From Octopus vulgaris (lineage: Eukaryota): DNA of 64,000 nucleotides. Numbering within the stretch: the stretch's first letter is position 1; each line of letters opens with the position of its first letter. The position numbers were made by a program, and so were the translations under genes. The stretch lies in NCBI GenBank assembly GCA_951406725.2, contig OX597819.1, positions 61,628,001 to 61,692,000 of the forward strand. Direction: 5' to 3'. Shown one piece after another: positions 27,002 to 39,899 of the stretch. Below the pieces are notes generated by a model. It was not told where the DNA came from. It did no database searches and saw only the letters and a program-made list of their open reading frames with translations.

Positions 27002-28986
27002 GGTGGTGGTGGTGGTGGTGGTGGTGGTGGTGGTGGTGGTGGTGATGGTAGTGGTAGTAGTAGTTATGAACTTATTGTTTACAGTTCTCAGGTTCACTAC
27101 AATGTATGTATGTATGTATGTATGTATGTATGTATGTATGCATGCATGTATGTCTATCTGTCTGTATGTCTGTATGTATGTATGTATGTATGTATGGTAG
27201 GAAAGCTGTATGAATGTGTGTGTCTGTATTTGTGTTTGTTTCCCCGCAGTCACCGCTTGACAACCGGTGTTGGTTTGTTGACGTCTCTGTCCTCTCTTTT
27301 GGGAAACTACTTAATAAACTTAGTGGTTTGCCAAAAGGGAGAACAGAGGAAGTACCAGATTTTAAAATTAATTACCGATTTCGATTTTTTTTTTTTTTTT
27401 ACGAGACCCTTCAAAGCATGGCCGCAATCCAATGACTGAAACAAGCAAAAGTGATAGAGAAGAGAAAACAACAAATAATATAAATCGGTCGATTGAAAAG
27501 AATTCATTTCACAAAACTTCCTTTTTGTCAGCTAAGTATGACTCGCGTCCATCAATTTTAAAATCTTCTGCCCTTCTATACTAACCTTCAATAAGAACGT
27601 CTAATCATGAAATATATAGCTTTTTCACTCTCATAAAAGTTCGTTGATTGTATTAACTTCCAATAAATTTACGGTCTAGACATCTTATAATAATCACAGA
27701 TATTTGGCTGGACTATGCATGATTGCTATAACTTACTTCTTCATATACATAATCGTCTTCAACTTGGTATTTTCACTTGACCTTTTCTTTGTAAACTAAC
27801 AGCGCTTGGTTAGATCGGAAGTATTTATATAAGCGATCCAATTATCGTCATGTCTAAGTCTATATACTTAACTTTTCCTTATGGTGAAGCGATACACAGA
27901 AAGAAGTAAATGAGCCTGCAACCTAATTTTGATTCTAGCGTCGTTCTACATCTGTATATACATCATGTTATAAACATCTTTATTCTATCGAAGACATTTT
28001 TTCTAATTTTACTAATGTAGTGAATGAAATAGCAAAAAACCTACGACATATCGATTCTTCCTTTTATAAATCAGGGGCTCGGCACTTACCTAAGAAATTA
28101 ACGGTATTAAACTTTATTATTCTTTCGATTGGAGAAAACTTGGCATAAGGAATTCAGTTGTTCAAACATTTTAAAGAACAAACTCTTTGATCAAACAAAC
28201 CAGTTTCCAAAATTCCTACCATACTATTGAAAGTGTTACTTGAAATAGAAGACTGTACTTTTCTACTCTAGGCACAAGCCCCGAGATTTTGGGGGAGGGG
28301 GATAGCCGGTTAGATCGACCCCAGTACGCAACTGGTACTTAATTTATCGACCCCGAAAGGATGAAAGACAAAGTCGACCTCGGCGGAATTTGAACTCAGA
28401 ACGTAAAGATGGACGAAAGATCGCTAAGCATTTCGCCCGGCCTGCCAATGTTTCTTTTCTACTCTAGGCACAAGACACGAGATTGTAGGGGAGGGGGCCA
28501 GCCGATTAGATCAGCCCCAGTACGCCAAGCATTTCGTCCGGCGTGCTAACGTTTCCGCCAGCTCGCCGCCTAAGACGATTGTACTTTGGCGTGGAAGAAC
28601 ATAAATAAATGGCATTGAAAACAATGCAATTCCAGTTTGTTGAGAATCCTGTTATAGTCTGTTTAAAGTTGTGTTTCTCACCAGAAGTGGGGCTGCGCCA
28701 ATTGAAAAGGGGCTCCAGAAAAATAATTGTTTCCTGCCTTATCTTTTTCTGGTTTTAGTCATTAGAATGTGGCCATGCTGGAGCACCGCTTTGAAGCATT
28801 TTAGTCGAATGATTCTCTCTTAGTACTTACTTCTTTTTTAAAATTGGTACTTATTGTAATCCTCTTTTGCCGAACCGCTAAGTTACGAGGACATAGACAC
28901 ACCAACACCAGTTGTCAAGCGGTGGTGGAGAACAAATAGACACAAAAGTACACTAATAAAAAGTGCACGCACACACACACACACAC

Positions 28987-29019
<33 letters not shown>

Positions 29020-31331
29020 CACACACACACACGTATATATATATATATATAATATATGATGGGCTCCTTTTCAGTTTCCGTCTACCAAATCCACTCGCAA
29101 GGCTTCGGTGGGCCCAAGGCTATACTAGCAGACTGCTGTCCAATGTGCCACGCAGTGGGACTGACCACGAAACCATGTGACTGGGAGGCAAACTGCTTAC
29201 CACACAGCCACACCAACGCCATATTAAACTATGTTTAACAAGATTTAGGTTTTAAAACTTTTCCCACTCAATGAAAAGAAGATTTATGCGGATGCAAACG
29301 CCAAGTGATTGTGAGGCAACTATAGTTTTCACTGATATTTTAGAAGGAAGGCCTGGTATTTGTCATTTTCAGAAGCAATAGGTTAAAGAGTGAGTAACAG
29401 TAGCAATACACCGCTTGTAACTCCAACTCTAAAAGTACTCTTCTTCTACCTGAAGCTTTGAAATGTTACCAGTTGCAACAACCTCTTATCTCAATGGGAA
29501 CTAACACCATCATTGTTTAAACTTGTAGTACTCCTTACACTGTACTACTGTTCCCAGTAGGACGAGATCCCTCTTGCTTTGAGAACAAATAGTTTTGATA
29601 GATCTTTCATTGTAGTAGCTTTGCCTCAGCTCAAGTCTATTGTAAGATGAGTTTGGTAGGTGTTACAATAAGTCGCTTGTTTTGGAGCAAGGTTTCAAAA
29701 GGGTTGATGTAGAATTCGGGTAGTTGTACTGCTGTACCCATAGAATGGCGGTCGGTGACTATATTTACGATTGAGGGATTGGAGAAAAGTCATACAGATA
29801 TTGATTAAAAAGAATATGTGAGAAAAAGATCAACAAAACAAAGTACCAGTCAAGTAATGGAGGCTGGAGAGTATCTCTTAATACTGGTGGCCTTGAGTTT
29901 GAATTAGAAATCATTATTTTTATTGACTCCCAACGGATAGAATACAAAATGTTTTCTTATACAATACGAACAGTAGTTCATATATGAACAGATGGCAAAT
30001 ATTTTTCTAATATAAGAACAGAAGTAAGCAAAATAGTCACCGTAAATTCATATTTGGTCGAGTCAATTTGACTTTGGACCAGCGGCTCAAATGTTGAATG
30101 TTCATAATGTAGCATTGCATTGTATCCCTTGAGACCACTTAGCTCTCGCTGGCTTTGTTCATATATCTGTAAAAAGGATAATGAGTGTACACATTGCCGT
30201 GTGGTTGGCAAGTTCTTTCTATTATCATGTGATTTCGCGTTCAGTTCTCCTGCATGTTACCATGAACAAAGTGCCTTCTACCATGGCCGTAGATCTACAA
30301 AAATTCCATGAGTGGAATTTAGTTTAAGAGAAATTGAGCTGTTATTTCTTGCAAATCGTGTGATTCAAGAGAATGGCTTTTGCTGTTTATCCTCGAATCA
30401 ACCCTAATTATGTAGACATATAATCAAAAGTCTTCCACTCGTGAACCCCTCTATCTTTTTAGACTCCTCCATGGTTATCCAATGGACATTTCCATTTTTT
30501 AAACTATAGGGCGAAATCCTAAGACGATTCTGTTGCTATTTCTATCAATACGAGCGACAATGAAGCATCTCCCAAAATGGTTGGAGGTTTTTCAAGGATT
30601 TCTGTTTCATTTCAAAATTAAAGCTTCTTCCATTTATCTTTCACCTTATGCATTTTATCTATGTTCGAACACGCTGAATATTTTCAAGAAAATCAAATTT
30701 CCGCAGATTATCTTCATTTTTAATAATTGAACAAATACCTCATCTTCCGTAGTATTTCAAATTTCTATTCAGTTACGAGATATCATCTTTAAATTTAAAG
30801 ATAAAATTTGACGCTATTTATTATTATTTTAACATTTCAGAATTGAATATAGCTTTTCTCTGAAAATTAGTTTCATCGGGTCGCATATACAGGTATCTAT
30901 ATTCTTGGTACAATTCACCACCTCATCGGCGTTATATCATTCCACATGTAGCCGTTATCAAAGCATTACAGATAGATTCTTTCTTTTTGTTACGCCGTCT
31001 GACGACAGATAGTTTCCGAAACAACCTTTCTTCAGCGAAAGACATATTAAGAAATAAAATCATTCATATTTTCTTAGTACGGCGTAACAAAGTTTGATTT
31101 TTTCCGCTTATTCTTTCGTTCGGTGTATACAATCAATGTATATGAACATTTGTTGAGCTAAATACATCGTTGGAAAAAAATCCACCTCGCAAAGACTAAT
31201 GAAATGTACCCTGTGGAATACAACGGTGTCTTGTTACCGAGTGTGTGTGTATATCTGTCTATCTATCAATCTATCTATCTATCTGTCTGTCTATCTGTCT
31301 GTCTGTCTGTCTATCTATCTATATATCTATC

Positions 31332-31368
<37 letters not shown>

Positions 31369-31395
31369 CAGGCCAACTTAGAAATTAAGAAAATA

Positions 31396-33450
31396 GTGGA
31401 GACGTATGGATTACAAATGAAAACGCAACCGTTGAACCCCAGACAACCAAGTTTCATCGTTAAGGACCATAAACAGAACTTTCATACCAACCCAGCTTTA
31501 CGGCTCATATGCCCTTCTAGTTCCGGCATCGGTACCCTTAGTAAGTACATTTTAGACAAATATGTACCTACATTAATAAATAAGTTAAAACTTAGCTTAT
31601 GGTCTAACTCTGCTCAAGTCGTAGAGTGGTTTACTTCTATTACTGATAAGGCCAACACAAAATTTATACAATTCGATATATCTAGTTTCTACCCTTCAAT
31701 CAACCCTAGTGTACTTAATAAGGCCCTATGGCACGCGCATAATAAAGCAGGCCTCTCCAGGGAGGAAATTGATGTGATATTAGCAGCTAGAAAATCTTTC
31801 ATACAGTTCGATAATAAGTTGTGGGTCCGCAGAGACACCCCTAACGCGTTCGATGTGCTAATGGGAAGTACAGACAGCGCCCAGATAGCCGATTTGGTCG
31901 GAATTTATATTCTATATGAATTGGCCGACCAATTCCCTGACATCTGTGGTGGTCTGTATAGAGACGATTGTCTGCTTTACCTCCAGAATGCTTCGAACCA
32001 AAAAATACAGAAGGTTAAGAACAGATTAGCTAGATTTTTTAGTAGAATGGGCTTGAGCATAGTTTTTGACGACGAATTAACTAAAGCCAACTTCTTGGAT
32101 ATCATCCTAAATCTGCAGAATAATTCGTACTTCCCCTATCATAAACCTTCTACTAATCTTAAATATATCAGCATTTTCAGTAATCATGCCAAAACAATTA
32201 CCGATAATTTAGTTAAGAATATTTCTTTAAGACTGTCAAAATTATCTGCTAATGTCGATATCTTTAACCAAAAAGCGGAATTTTATAACGCCGCTTTGTC
32301 AAAAGCCGGTTATACAGATAAAGTATCATGCATCGACCCGGCCCATTCTAAACCAATATATACTTCTCAGGATAAGAAAACTAATAACAATAGAAATAGT
32401 GGTAATAATGATTTCAGTTCTAACAACGTCCGCACCCCTGTACATAAGAGAAATAGAAAGTTTCCCCTTACTGTCACTAGTAGCACTATGAACAATTCTA
32501 AGTCCACAAAAAACTATATCTGGTTTGTTATACCTTTCGGAAAACAAATCAAATCCAACCTTCCTTTACAGTTCCGTGAAGCAGTGGCTAGGAACTTTCC
32601 CAGGAATTCTAGGTATTATTCCATTATCAATTCACAGAAGGTAAGAATTGCATTCTCTAACACTAGAAATCTATCGCAAATTATTGCTTCCCATAATAAC
32701 AAGCTGCTAAACAAAGATTCTTCACCCGGGAGTTCCAACACTATTCTTAACAATTCCAACCAAACATACAATAATAATAATAGAAATAGTATTGATAGTA
32801 CCAACATTCGTAGCAACATTAGTGTTAGCAATGATAATATTAATAATAGAATTAGTCGGGTTAATAACAGTGGTAGTGTTGATGGCAACAACAACAACAA
32901 CATTTGTATTGTCAGTGATAATGCCGGCTATAGTACAATTAATAATAATAACAATAAAAGGAATAGTCTAGTAGTTAATGCTAGCAATAATATAAACAGT
33001 AATCATAACAATAAAAACTCCGTCTTGATCTCGGAGGATAACCCTAACAGATTAGAGTTCTTGTCCAGTAATTCCAAAATTAAAAATTCCATTTACCAGT
33101 GTAAAATTTCTTACGGTACCGATGTCTTCTTTTATATTGGAGCGACAACTTCTCCATTGTCCCAGAGAATTTCCAACCATTATTCAACTTTCCGAGATAA
33201 GAGAAAGCAACATAGTACAGGACTAAGTAAATTAGTTTGGCGTCTTAAGGACAACAATATAACTTTCAAGCTGGATTGGTCCATATTATCTGTATCCTTT
33301 CCTTTTGATAAGGGCAGGAAATATTGTTGCATCTGTAATTCTGAATTCTTCTATATCCTTTTCGCCAAATTCCCCTTGGTAAACACAATAATAGAAAAAT
33401 CCTATAGATGTAAACATTGGCAAAAACACACCTTCCACTCATATAAATAA
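31396..33450 (+). CDS. Penelope-like retroelement polyprotein (RT plus C-terminal GIY-YIG endonuclease), Hydra-clade-like, 5'-truncated
   Basis: 684 codons without a stop. RT motifs: FIVKDHK..F..NP..RLI.P, FIQFDISSFYPSI, FDVLMGS.DSAQIADLVG, GLYRDD (YRDD at 31957-31968), NFLDI, Y.PYHKP. Endonuclease: SIYQC...FFYIG.T...L.QR..NH (YIG at 33133-33141) with C-terminal W.IL...CCIC..E...N...E...CKH. The frame continues upstream (QANLEIKKIV) into the (TA)n junction, so the GTG is not the native start. Confidence 0.93.
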   Translation: METYGLQMKTQPLNPRQPSFIVKDHKQNFHTNPALRLICPSSSGIGTLSKYILDKYVPTLINKLKLSLWSNSAQVVEWFTSITDKANTKFIQFDISSFYPSINPSVLNKALWHAHNKAGLSREEIDVILAARKSFIQFDNKLWVRRDTPNAFDVLMGSTDSAQIADLVGIYILYELADQFPDICGGLYRDDCLLYLQNASNQKIQKVKNRLARFFSRMGLSIVFDDELTKANFLDIILNLQNNSYFPYHKPSTNLKYISIFSNHAKTITDNLVKNISLRLSKLSANVDIFNQKAEFYNAALSKAGYTDKVSCIDPAHSKPIYTSQDKKTNNNRNSGNNDFSSNNVRTPVHKRNRKFPLTVTSSTMNNSKSTKNYIWFVIPFGKQIKSNLPLQFREAVARNFPRNSRYYSIINSQKVRIAFSNTRNLSQIIASHNNKLLNKDSSPGSSNTILNNSNQTYNNNNRNSIDSTNIRSNISVSNDNINNRISRVNNSGSVDGNNNNNICIVSDNAGYSTINNNNNKRNSLVVNASNNINSNHNNKNSVLISEDNPNRLEFLSSNSKIKNSIYQCKISYGTDVFFYIGATTSPLSQRISNHYSTFRDKRKQHSTGLSKLVWRLKDNNITFKLDWSILSVSFPFDKGRKYCCICNSEFFYILFAKFPLVNTIIEKSYRCKHWQKHTFHSYK

Positions 33451-33972
33451 TAAATAATATAGATAACCTCTTTGGTTTTAATAATTACTTTCATGTCTAC
33501 ACCACTACCGTAGACAAATGCTTCCTCTCTATTCTGTTGCATCAAACATTAAATATAGTTGGCGTATGTTTATCTCTTTCTCTCTACCTCTCTCCCCTCT
33601 CTCTCTCTCTCTATCATGCGCACAATCAAACACACAGACACAAATTTCTCACATTAATACTATATATATTTGACAATTGTTCCCCCCACATACATTTGCA
33701 AACACACACACACAGACACAGATGCAGTTATATACACACACTCATACACACACACAAACACTCAAACTCATTAACAAAACATACACCCGTCAATCCCCAT
33801 ACATACAGCATACATACTGTCCCCTTCCTATTTTTTTTAAAAACTTCCTCCTTCCAACCAATTTTGACGTCATTGCTTATAACGGATTATTTTAAATAAA
33901 TACTCATTATCACTGTGGAAACCATGTAGGCAGACGGTAAGAAGCTTTTGTTCGTCTTGAGGCTGATAGAGG

Positions 33973-34071
33973 TTCCTTGTATTTCCTGATGAGAAGACGG
34001 CATAGTGCAACCTTCATTCCTTCGGAATTAAGAGTATGCAGTCTTCGAAACATATGTCGAAAGTAAAGGAA
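33973..34071 (+). ncRNA. Type I hammerhead ribozyme of the PLE
   Basis: Stem I tttc(33982-85)/gaaa(34059-62) plus ttcctt/aaggaa; CTGATGA 33986-92; stem II gaagac/gtcttc extended by gcata/tatgc; GAAA 34047-50; palindromic stem III acatatgt; GUC site, cleavage predicted after 34058. Confidence 0.9.
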
Positions 34072-34113
34072 TTTTGTTAAAATCTTCGTTCAACTCCATT
34101 CTTTTCATTTATT

Positions 34114-34175
<62 letters not shown>

Positions 34176-34360
34176 GACGCCATGATAGATCGTTAGCCAC
34201 TACACACATGTTTTTCTTTCCCTGTTTTCTGTGTCCCTTTCTGTAGAAGAACGTAGGCTTGAAACGTAAAAGACTTTTTCTATTCCTGAGCGTTATACTA
34301 ATACATCTGTTTTGTACACCACCTGTCTTCGTCTTTTGTTGTTTTTTTTTCGTAAACTCT

Positions 34361-34363
<3 letters not shown>
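34176..34363 (+). mobile_element. Short hammerhead-variant element, copy 2 (core CUGUAGA at 34241-34247)
   Basis: cttt CTGTAGA agaac gtag gctt GAAA cg TA aaag at 34237-34272. Flanked by TG/TA microsatellites; same tail as copies 1 and 3. Confidence 0.65.
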
Positions 34364-34436
<73 letters not shown>

Positions 34437-34573
34437 CTTTTTTTACTACTGTACAACAGCGAAGAATTAAAAAAAAACGAGAAATATTTATTCAAATGAC
34501 ATAACGAACAGTGAGGAACATGTGAAACTCGATAGGTAATGTTCAAGAATAAATAGTCGTCAGAAGCTGGAAC

Positions 34574-34653
<80 letters not shown>

Positions 34654-34794
34654 AGGTGAAAAAAAAATGCTTATTTCAGTAAGTTTGTCCTTTCGATGTT
34701 CTGATATTACTGATTCGTCAAGCTTGCAATGATGTGAAATGTTATCCTGTCTAAATAATTCTCTTAGAATAATTTGCTGCATCTGTCTTACACG

Positions 34795-35440
34795 TTTGTG
34801 TATGTATGCATGTGTGTATGTGTGTGTATGTGTTTTGTGTGTGTTTTGTGTGTGTGGTGTGTGTATGTGCATGTATGTGTACGTGTGTGCATGTGTGTGT
34901 ATACGTGTGTATGTGTGTACGGGTGTGTGAGTGTGTTGTGTGTATGTATGCATGTGTTTGTACGTGTGTTTACGTGAGTGTGTTTGTGTATATGTGTTGT
35001 GTGTGTGTTGTGTTTGTATGTATGCATGTGTGTGTACGTGAGTTTATGTGTGGGTGTATGCATGTGTGTACGTGCATGTACGTGTGTGTGTGTTGTCTGT
35101 GTATGTATGCATGTGTGTGTACGTACATGTACGTGTGTGTGCGTGTTGTGTGTATGTATGAATATGTGTGTATATGAGTTTACGTGTGTGTGTTGTGTGT
35201 ATGCATGTGTGTGTGTACGTGCATGTACGTGTGTGTGTGTTGTGTGTGTATGTATGCATGTGTGTGTACGTACATGTACGTGTGTGTGTGTTGTGTGTAT
35301 ATGTATGCATGTGTGTACGTGAGTTTACGCGTGTGTGTGTGTGTTGTGTGTGTATGTATGCATGTGTGTGTACGTGTGTTTACGTGTGTGTGTATGTTAT
35401 GTGTGTATGTGTGTGTAAGTGCATATATGTGTGTGTGTGT
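34795..35440. repeat. Degenerate TG-rich minisatellite
   Basis: Recurring unit gtatgtatgcatgtgtgtgtacgt(g/a)catgtacgtgtgtgtgttgtgt. Confidence 0.9.
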
Positions 35441-36188
35441 ACAGTTCTAATTATGTATTTCTCATTCTGTTAGACGCTTGTTTATATTGCTATCTTTTAT
35501 TGAATGTGTGTGCTTGTGTTTTGTAACTGTATGTTTATTTACAAGAGTTTACTTAACTTTCTTGCTTTTTAATTTCTCTCTCTCTGTCTCTGTCTGTATG
35601 TCTCTCTCTCTCTCTCTCTCTCTCACTCAAGCTCTCCGCCTCCTCTTCCTCTTTTCCTCACTCTGTTTGGAGATTATATGCACGTCAGTATACGCGTCTT
35701 CGGAGACTGTGTATAGGTGTGTATTATCTGTGTACTTCTGTGTTCACATTCAGCATTCGTACATGTTTACGTTATAGAAATAGATCTGTAGATATCCACA
35801 TCTACCCACTCTACCAACACATATACTGCTTGTGGTATGCTACATTGTCTAAAAATACACGCAAACATAAAACAGTTAATTTCACGAACATGTAAAGGCA
35901 GTTTGTGCTGGAACCTAAACGACAGAATAACAACATCTACTGCATGACCTTTCACAATCAAAATTATTTACTAATATAAGATCAAGCCAGCTGATATTTT
36001 TTCTTCTGGCTATTTCCTATTCATAAATGCTTAATTAGAAACTGATACACACGCACACATACATACACATACGCGCACGCACAAATACACACGCGCGCGC
36101 GCGCGCATGCACCGACACACATGTCTATTGGATTATTTTTAGTATCAATTTATGCAATTCTTGTAATTCAATATGTGTATATATATAT

Positions 36189-36312
<124 letters not shown>

Positions 36313-36473
36313 GCATATATATATATATATATATATGTATATATGCATATATATTACGGTCTCAAATCTTGAGACTCAAAGAGTCGGTCACTCGATTTCA
36401 ATTGCGTATAAGTGAGCAAGATTACAAGACACACACACACATACACAAACATATATATATGTATATATATATA

Positions 36474-36512
<39 letters not shown>

Positions 36513-38419
36513 AAAGGGTAAAATTTATCAATTAAATTAATTAATTAATCAATCAATTAATAATTTTACCAATTAAATCGGGACGTTAAAATAACCTTTA
36601 GAAGTAAAATTATACTAATATTTTATAATTATGAACATAATTATAATTATAAAATATTTGTGTGTGTATATATACGTGTGTGTTTGTGTGTGTATGTGTG
36701 TGTGTGTGTTTTTGTGTGTGTATATATATATACAACACGATGAAGAATGGAGAGTTATACATTTTTTATTTCAGATGCGCAAGTGTTATGTAATAGAATG
36801 ATGCGTTAATTCTGCACATCAATCGATTCATATTTACTCAATTACAGTATTACTTTGATCAGTTACAGTCGATCCAAGGTAAGTGAATTTATCAACCCTG
36901 AATAGCAGCTTTCCATTTGCCAGGACGCCTGTTGTTTTGTCTGTGTTTATATCAATGATAATACACTATCTTCGATTCGTTTATTTCTAATCTCACAGTC
37001 TTTGCTTTTCGAATGACACGATCCAAATAGTCCTGTGCTTCTAGGAGCAAAGAGAACAATATCATTTGCAAATGCGAGTCAGAAGCAATGTCGCAGCTTC
37101 AACACCTCTGGTCGTCTAACATCAACCCAACAACAAATATAAAATGATTAAAACACAATGTCTTCCGATTTTTACATATGGATGCGCGACATGGGTAACA
37201 AATACAAATCGGCTAAGCATTTTACCCAGCGTGCTTCCGATTCTGCTAGCTCGCCGTCTCAATACAGACCCTGACAGCAAAAAATGATAGACAAAAGAGC
37301 GGAATTTATGTAATCGCTTCATTAGCTTAGAGTTATTTCTGCTTGAGGCTGTTGCGCAAGTTCTCATCTGTGAGAAAAAATTTTAATAGCAGAAACAGCT
37401 GTAAGCCAGTAAAGTTACTTACGTAACTCCTGTTCTTTTGTCATTCAGCAATTGTTACATAATTATGTGTATAATTAAGACTATAAGGCAACACAATCAG
37501 AACTATGAATTTCTGAGGAAACGCCTCAGAAATTCACTAATAACAAAATCAGGATTTTTTTTTAACGTTCCGTACTATACAACAAATTATTTCGTACACA
37601 CTTGCCAAGTTCTTTGAATGATTTTTGTAATATGCTAAATGAAAAGAAGTTGTTAGCTAAAACTTCTATTTCCTGCAATATCCTCCATGATCTTCTCATG
37701 ACATAGCAAATCGGATTTTCGATAGAGAGAAGAGGAGGAAGGGAGCAAATGATTGCAATGCTTTGCATATATTTTTATTTATTGATGAAAGAGAACGTTA
37801 ACCTCGATGGGGTTTAAACTCAGAACTATTGCTGCGAAGCAACAGTTCTATTGCTGCAAGTCCGATGCTGATATTAATATCAGTTTCAAATTTTGACACA
37901 ATGCCAGAAAGTTGAGGTGGGGGTAAGCCGATTACATTGACCCCAGCACTCAACTGGTATTTTTCCTGAAAGGAGAAAGGCAAGCCGGACCTCGGCAGAA
38001 TTTGAACTCAGAACATAAGGACAGGCGAAATGTCGCTAAGTATTTGTTCGGCATGTTAACGATTCTGCCAGTTCACCGCCTTGATACTGATATTAATTAT
38101 ATGTTGAACTATAATATAATGGTTTAAGATTTTCGGCTCAAGGCCAGCAATTTTAGAAGTGGGGTAAGTCAATTACATCAACCACAGTGTTCAACTAGTA
38201 CGTGTTTTATCGACTCCGAAAGGATGAAAGGCAAAGTTGACCTCAGCAGAATTTGAATCCAGAATGTAAAGACAGACAAAATGCCGTTAAGCATTTTGTC
38301 CGGCGTTCTAACGATCCTGCCAACTTGCCGCCTTATGTTAAACTACAATATAATGCTGTTTGGTATCGATTATTAGTATGGGAAATTTTTCTGCTTAAAC
38401 TTAGATATAGCTTTTTTTT

Positions 38420-38590
38420 AAGGCGTAGGAGTGGCTGTGTGGTAAGTAGCTTGCTTACGAACCACATGGTTCTGGGTTCAATCCCACTGCGTGGCACCTT
38501 GGGCAAGTGTCTTCTACTATAGCCTCGGGCCGACCAAAGCCTTGTGAGTGAATCTGGTAGACGGAAACTGAAAGAAGCCTGTTGTATACA

Positions 38591-38678
<88 letters not shown>

Positions 38679-38897
38679 TGTGTATGTTTGTGTATCTGTG
38701 TTTGTCTCTCCAACATCACTTGACAACCGGTGCTGGTGTGTTTACGTCCTTGTAACTTAGCGGTTCGGCAAAAGAGACCGATAGAATAAGTACTAGACTT
38801 ACAAGGAATAAGTCCTGGGGTCGATTTGCTCGACTAAAGGCGGTGCTCCAGGATGGCCACAGTCAAATGACTGAAACAAGTAAAAGAGTAAAAGAAT
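38420..38897 (+). mobile_element. SINE family B, full length
   Basis: Head aggcgtaggagtggctgtgtgg through tail gtaaaagagtaaaag. Confidence 0.85.
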
Positions 38898-39899
38898 AAT
38901 ACCATTTCAACAAATAATTGTCTTATTGTTTCGTGGTTTACAATATGTTACTCTTTAACGCATCACTCCTACCCCCATATCCTCCAGCACACCATAAGGT
39001 TACTCACCATTTTATGTTGTACTTCATCTAATACAATCACATACCTAATAATATCATTGATTTTTTTTCTCCGTCTTTTCCAAAATTTCGTATTGCAGCC
39101 AACAAACGTAGAAGGAGAGTCTGCCGGCTGAAGACAATCTCATGCAACGCAATGTTCGATCAGTTGGACGTGTTCGATATGCATCGACGACTAAGAAACC
39201 ATTCTTCACTGAATGGGTGCCCATTGTCCACAAGCACAATATTGATGTTCCTGGTGTGAGATCGACCAACATACAGACGAAATATACCTCGCTAGATTAT
39301 ATTCTTTTAATAGATTATATTCTTTTAACAAGGTCGGACGAGTAATTAGTAGTCTTATACTTTCAATAGCAGTTGCAAAGAAACTGTAAAGTGGTCGAAG
39401 TTAAAAATAATGGTTGCTGGTGATTTTTTTTTTTTTTTTTCTCTTTTCAGATTTCAAGTTCCACTTAAAGATCGAAATAAGGATGGAGAAGGTATCTGGC
39501 CGTAGGAAACATTTTATCGGAAATTAATCAACGAAGATGAATGAGTTAAGCCTACAATCCCGGAATTTGAGCAATCAAAATGTTATGATAATAACGCCTT
39601 AGCTGTCCTTTTAATTCCCACAATCTCATGAAGTTATTTTTAAGAAAGGTAAAATATGAAGAGGATCATAGTGCTCCAGGCTAAGATTACTTGGAATATT
39701 TTAATTTTTCTCTCTGGAAATCGAGACCGAGCGAGCTTGTATTCTTTTACTCGATAGGTGGTTTACGTCCGCTCTGAGCTCGCCTTCGGACAACAGCGTT
39801 ACCGTTTGACAGACATACCGTTCCACTCAAACTCCTCTCTAGTGATTCAAGCTAAAACTTCATTGAATGAGTTGTGCAATATGGCAGAAGCGAAGCAAG

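Larger units (their letters stand above)
31367..34113 (+). mobile_element. Penelope-like element (ORF, 3' UTR and hammerhead-containing terminus) inserted in a (TA)n microsatellite
   Basis: (TA)n runs abut both ends (about 31335-31366 and 34114-34137). RT/GIY-YIG ORF, with an HHR cleavage site about 55 nt before the 3' end. Confidence 0.85.

Noticed and set aside
36775-36878. Candidate exon (tttcag ... caag/gtaagt)
   Set aside because: Stops in all three frames and no supporting neighbouring exons. It could only be a non-coding exon, which cannot be tested here.
37506-37536. 13-bp hairpin containing CTGAGGA and GAAA
   Set aside because: The core bases are locked in a simple palindrome; not a hammerhead.
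38420-38490. tRNA-like A/B boxes
   Set aside because: These are SINE heads, not cloverleaf tRNA genes.
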